From IMG/VR virus record IMGVR_UViG_3300043466_000797, positions 1-58,213 of that record: a stretch of DNA of 58,213 nucleotides; one strand, written 5' to 3'. Shown piece by piece: positions 56,569 through 58,213 of the stretch. The translations under genes were made by a program, and so were the position numbers. This DNA comes from a virus. Taxonomy: Duplodnaviria; Caudoviricetes. A model generated the notes under the pieces. The model had not been told where the DNA came from, ran no database searches, and saw only the letters and a program-made list of their open reading frames with translations. The first letter of the stretch is position 1. Each line of letters opens with the position of its first letter.

Positions 56569-57172
56569 TTATCCACAGAATGCGATAAATATATGAATGA
56601 ATCACCGCAAGGCGGGGATTGCCTGACGGCAATTCTGGGCGGGACTTTTACAATTGTCTTCATTACTATAGTAATAATAAGTATACTAGGATGGATCTTC
56701 TAACATGACCAATAAGGAAACAATCAAGATAGTTATCTATTCAGCAGTAGTTATCTATTTGACAGCAAGAATAGGCTATCTTTTATCCACATAGGGCCAT
56801 ATAGGTGTGGATAAGTTGTGCATAAAATACTAAGAAATGTGGAAAAACCTATACAAACAAATTAAAAATAGTATAGGTGTAATTAGGCGCCCCGTCCGAT
56901 AATCGTAATGTCAAGGAAAAATGGGTGATTTTCCCTAAAAATTGCATAAATTTGCCCCCAAAATAGGAAATTTCCCAGAAAAATGTAAAATTCTGGGAAA
57001 AAATAGGGTTCTTCGTAATATCAAATGTGGGCGGGGTATCTTGGAAAATTCTGCGATATTCTTTACTCTTCGTAATATGTATTATATATACTATAGGGGG
57101 AATCATATACTTATCCCGCCCTGTGGATAAATAAAATTAGTTATTCATATACTGTGGATAACATGTGGATAA
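56569..57172. promoter_or_regulatory. cluster of DnaA boxes
   Basis: TTATCCACA/TGTGGATAA at 56569, 56783, 56806, 57122, 57153, 57164; near-matches at 56817, 56838. Confidence 0.75.
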
Positions 57173-57179
57173 ATTTGCC

Positions 57180-57279
57180 AAAAATTCCAGCCGATTTTTT
57201 GACTCGTCGTAATATCAAATTTTAAAAATATCGGGAAATCCCGAAAAATTCCAGCCAATTTTTAGGTTCGTCGTAATAT
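57180..57279. repeat. 36-bp direct repeat pair
   Basis: AAAAATTCCAGCC-N11-TCGTCGTAATAT at 57180-57215 and 57244-57279 (32/36 identical). Confidence 0.85.
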
Positions 57280-57318
57280 GTGTATTAGATTAATTTGATC
57301 GGGCTGCCCCGAAACTTC

Positions 57319-57543
57319 CTATTTGTCAACATACTTCTGGAAAATGTAAATCCAAACGTAGTCAAATCGGATCTTTTCTTCCTCTGTCCATGTGCCCCAC
57401 TTCTTCTTGATGATATCCCTGGTATCAGAAATATCTCCAAGTTCCTTGTCATCCTTGGCAACGGAGATGTATTCATCCCACCGCTCAGGGGTAAAGGCAG
57501 CACCGCTGCTCATGAAGATCTCAAACATTCTAATTGCTTTCAT
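57319..57543 (-). CDS. hypothetical protein (probably leaderless)
   Basis: 74 aa; TGGTAGAGT (57558-57550) 6 nt upstream of ATG. Confidence 0.55.
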   Translation of the reverse strand: MKAIRMFEIFMSSGAAFTPERWDEYISVAKDDKELGDISDTRDIIKKKWGTWTEEEKIRFDYVWIYIFQKYVDK

Positions 57544-57577
57544 GTCTTTACTCTACCATACCCCTCTGACATTGGTC

Positions 57578-57672
57578 AAGAAAAGTGGTTGGCTGCTAGG
57601 AGTTTTCGAGGCTCCTGCTTTAGTTAACGACTAGGGCGTCCCCTGATAGCCGCACCAACCTTACCTACATAC
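57578..57672 (-). ncRNA. candidate small structured RNA
   Basis: TTGACG-N18-TACAAT promoter, multibranch fold, U-tract. Confidence 0.5.
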
Positions 57673-57725
57673 TTGAATATTGTAGCACTTCTATGTTTTT
57701 TACGTCAAGCCCTGGCTTGATGTTT

Positions 57726-58085
57726 CTAAGAGTCAAAGCCTCTGCGAACGAACGACGGAGAATAGCGGGATTCATAGTCTTCCCAAGTTCCTCTATTACC
57801 TCCACCGTTATCCGCAAATCCGCGACCAGGGTTATAGTCGGGTACTTCTTCGTAGTCATTCAGCACCTCATGTACGATACGGGAGCCAAGTTCTCCGATA
57901 ACAGGATCACCCACTCCATAGCGGTATTCGATCTCCATTAGCCTAAACCATCCGATAGCAACTTTATTCAGAGCACTCGCAGGAATGACCCCTGCCAGCC
58001 TGACAGCATCAGCAAACTGGTACGGACTGAACATTCGGTTATACGATGCGTCTACGAACGCCTTGATAGCCTTATCCTCTGCCAT
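57726..58085 (-). CDS. hypothetical protein
   Basis: 119 aa; GAAAGGA RBS; TATAAT upstream on minus strand. Confidence 0.65.
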   Translation of the reverse strand: MAEDKAIKAFVDASYNRMFSPYQFADAVRLAGVIPASALNKVAIGWFRLMEIEYRYGVGDPVIGELGSRIVHEVLNDYEEVPDYNPGRGFADNGGGNRGTWEDYESRYSPSFVRRGFDS

Positions 58086-58213
58086 GTTATCCTTTCGATG
58101 GGGAGTATAAATTATACACGAACGAGCGGGTCTTTGCTAGTGGATATGGAAGATGGAGCCTTTACTCCCCCCTCGCATGAGCAATACATCATGTGATAAT
58201 GACAGTCAAAACA

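Noticed and set aside
56605-56632. Two short GC hairpins (CCGC/GCGG, ATTGCC/GGCAAT)
   Set aside because: Too short to support a specific call; may be weak terminators or lie in a tiny ORF.
57180-57279. 36-bp repeats with 28-bp spacer as a mini CRISPR array
   Set aside because: Only two imperfect copies, and their core motif recurs at irregular spacing like iterons.
56849-57941. ORFs 56849-57106, 56942-57130, 57295-57627, 57665-57859 and similar
   Set aside because: They run through repeats, DnaA boxes or promoters, or overlap better-supported minus-strand genes.
1-58213. Stop-codon reassignment
   Set aside because: Genes are full length in the standard code, TAA, TAG and TGA all end coupled ORFs, and no suppressor tRNA was seen.

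Overview
A 58 kb segment of an AT-rich, siphovirus-type tailed phage genome. WhiB, a class F sortase and the gene order point to an actinobacterial host and resemble Streptomyces cluster BE/BK-like phages (inference, no search run). Order on the + strand: neck/tail module (major tail protein, frameshifted chaperone, 2139-aa tape measure, minor tails, NlpC/P60, Fn3/Ig fibres); replication/recombination (DnaB, primase, SSB, DnaE, RecA, resolvases, Cas4-like nuclease); a glycosyl-/nucleotidyl-/methyltransferase plus IMPDH-like cassette; terminase; nine tRNAs among accessory genes; a convergent non-coding region with clustered DnaA boxes and repeats; then the start of a minus-strand block. The most notable observations are: (1) a surface protein joined to its own class F sortase by a -1 slippery site; (2) a DnaA-box/iteron/bent-DNA locus; (3) two unannotated structured RNAs; (4) ORFs starting directly at tRNA 3' ends; (5) a W/F-x-G-x-F tag shared by three unrelated proteins. 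All calls come from motif reading by eye.
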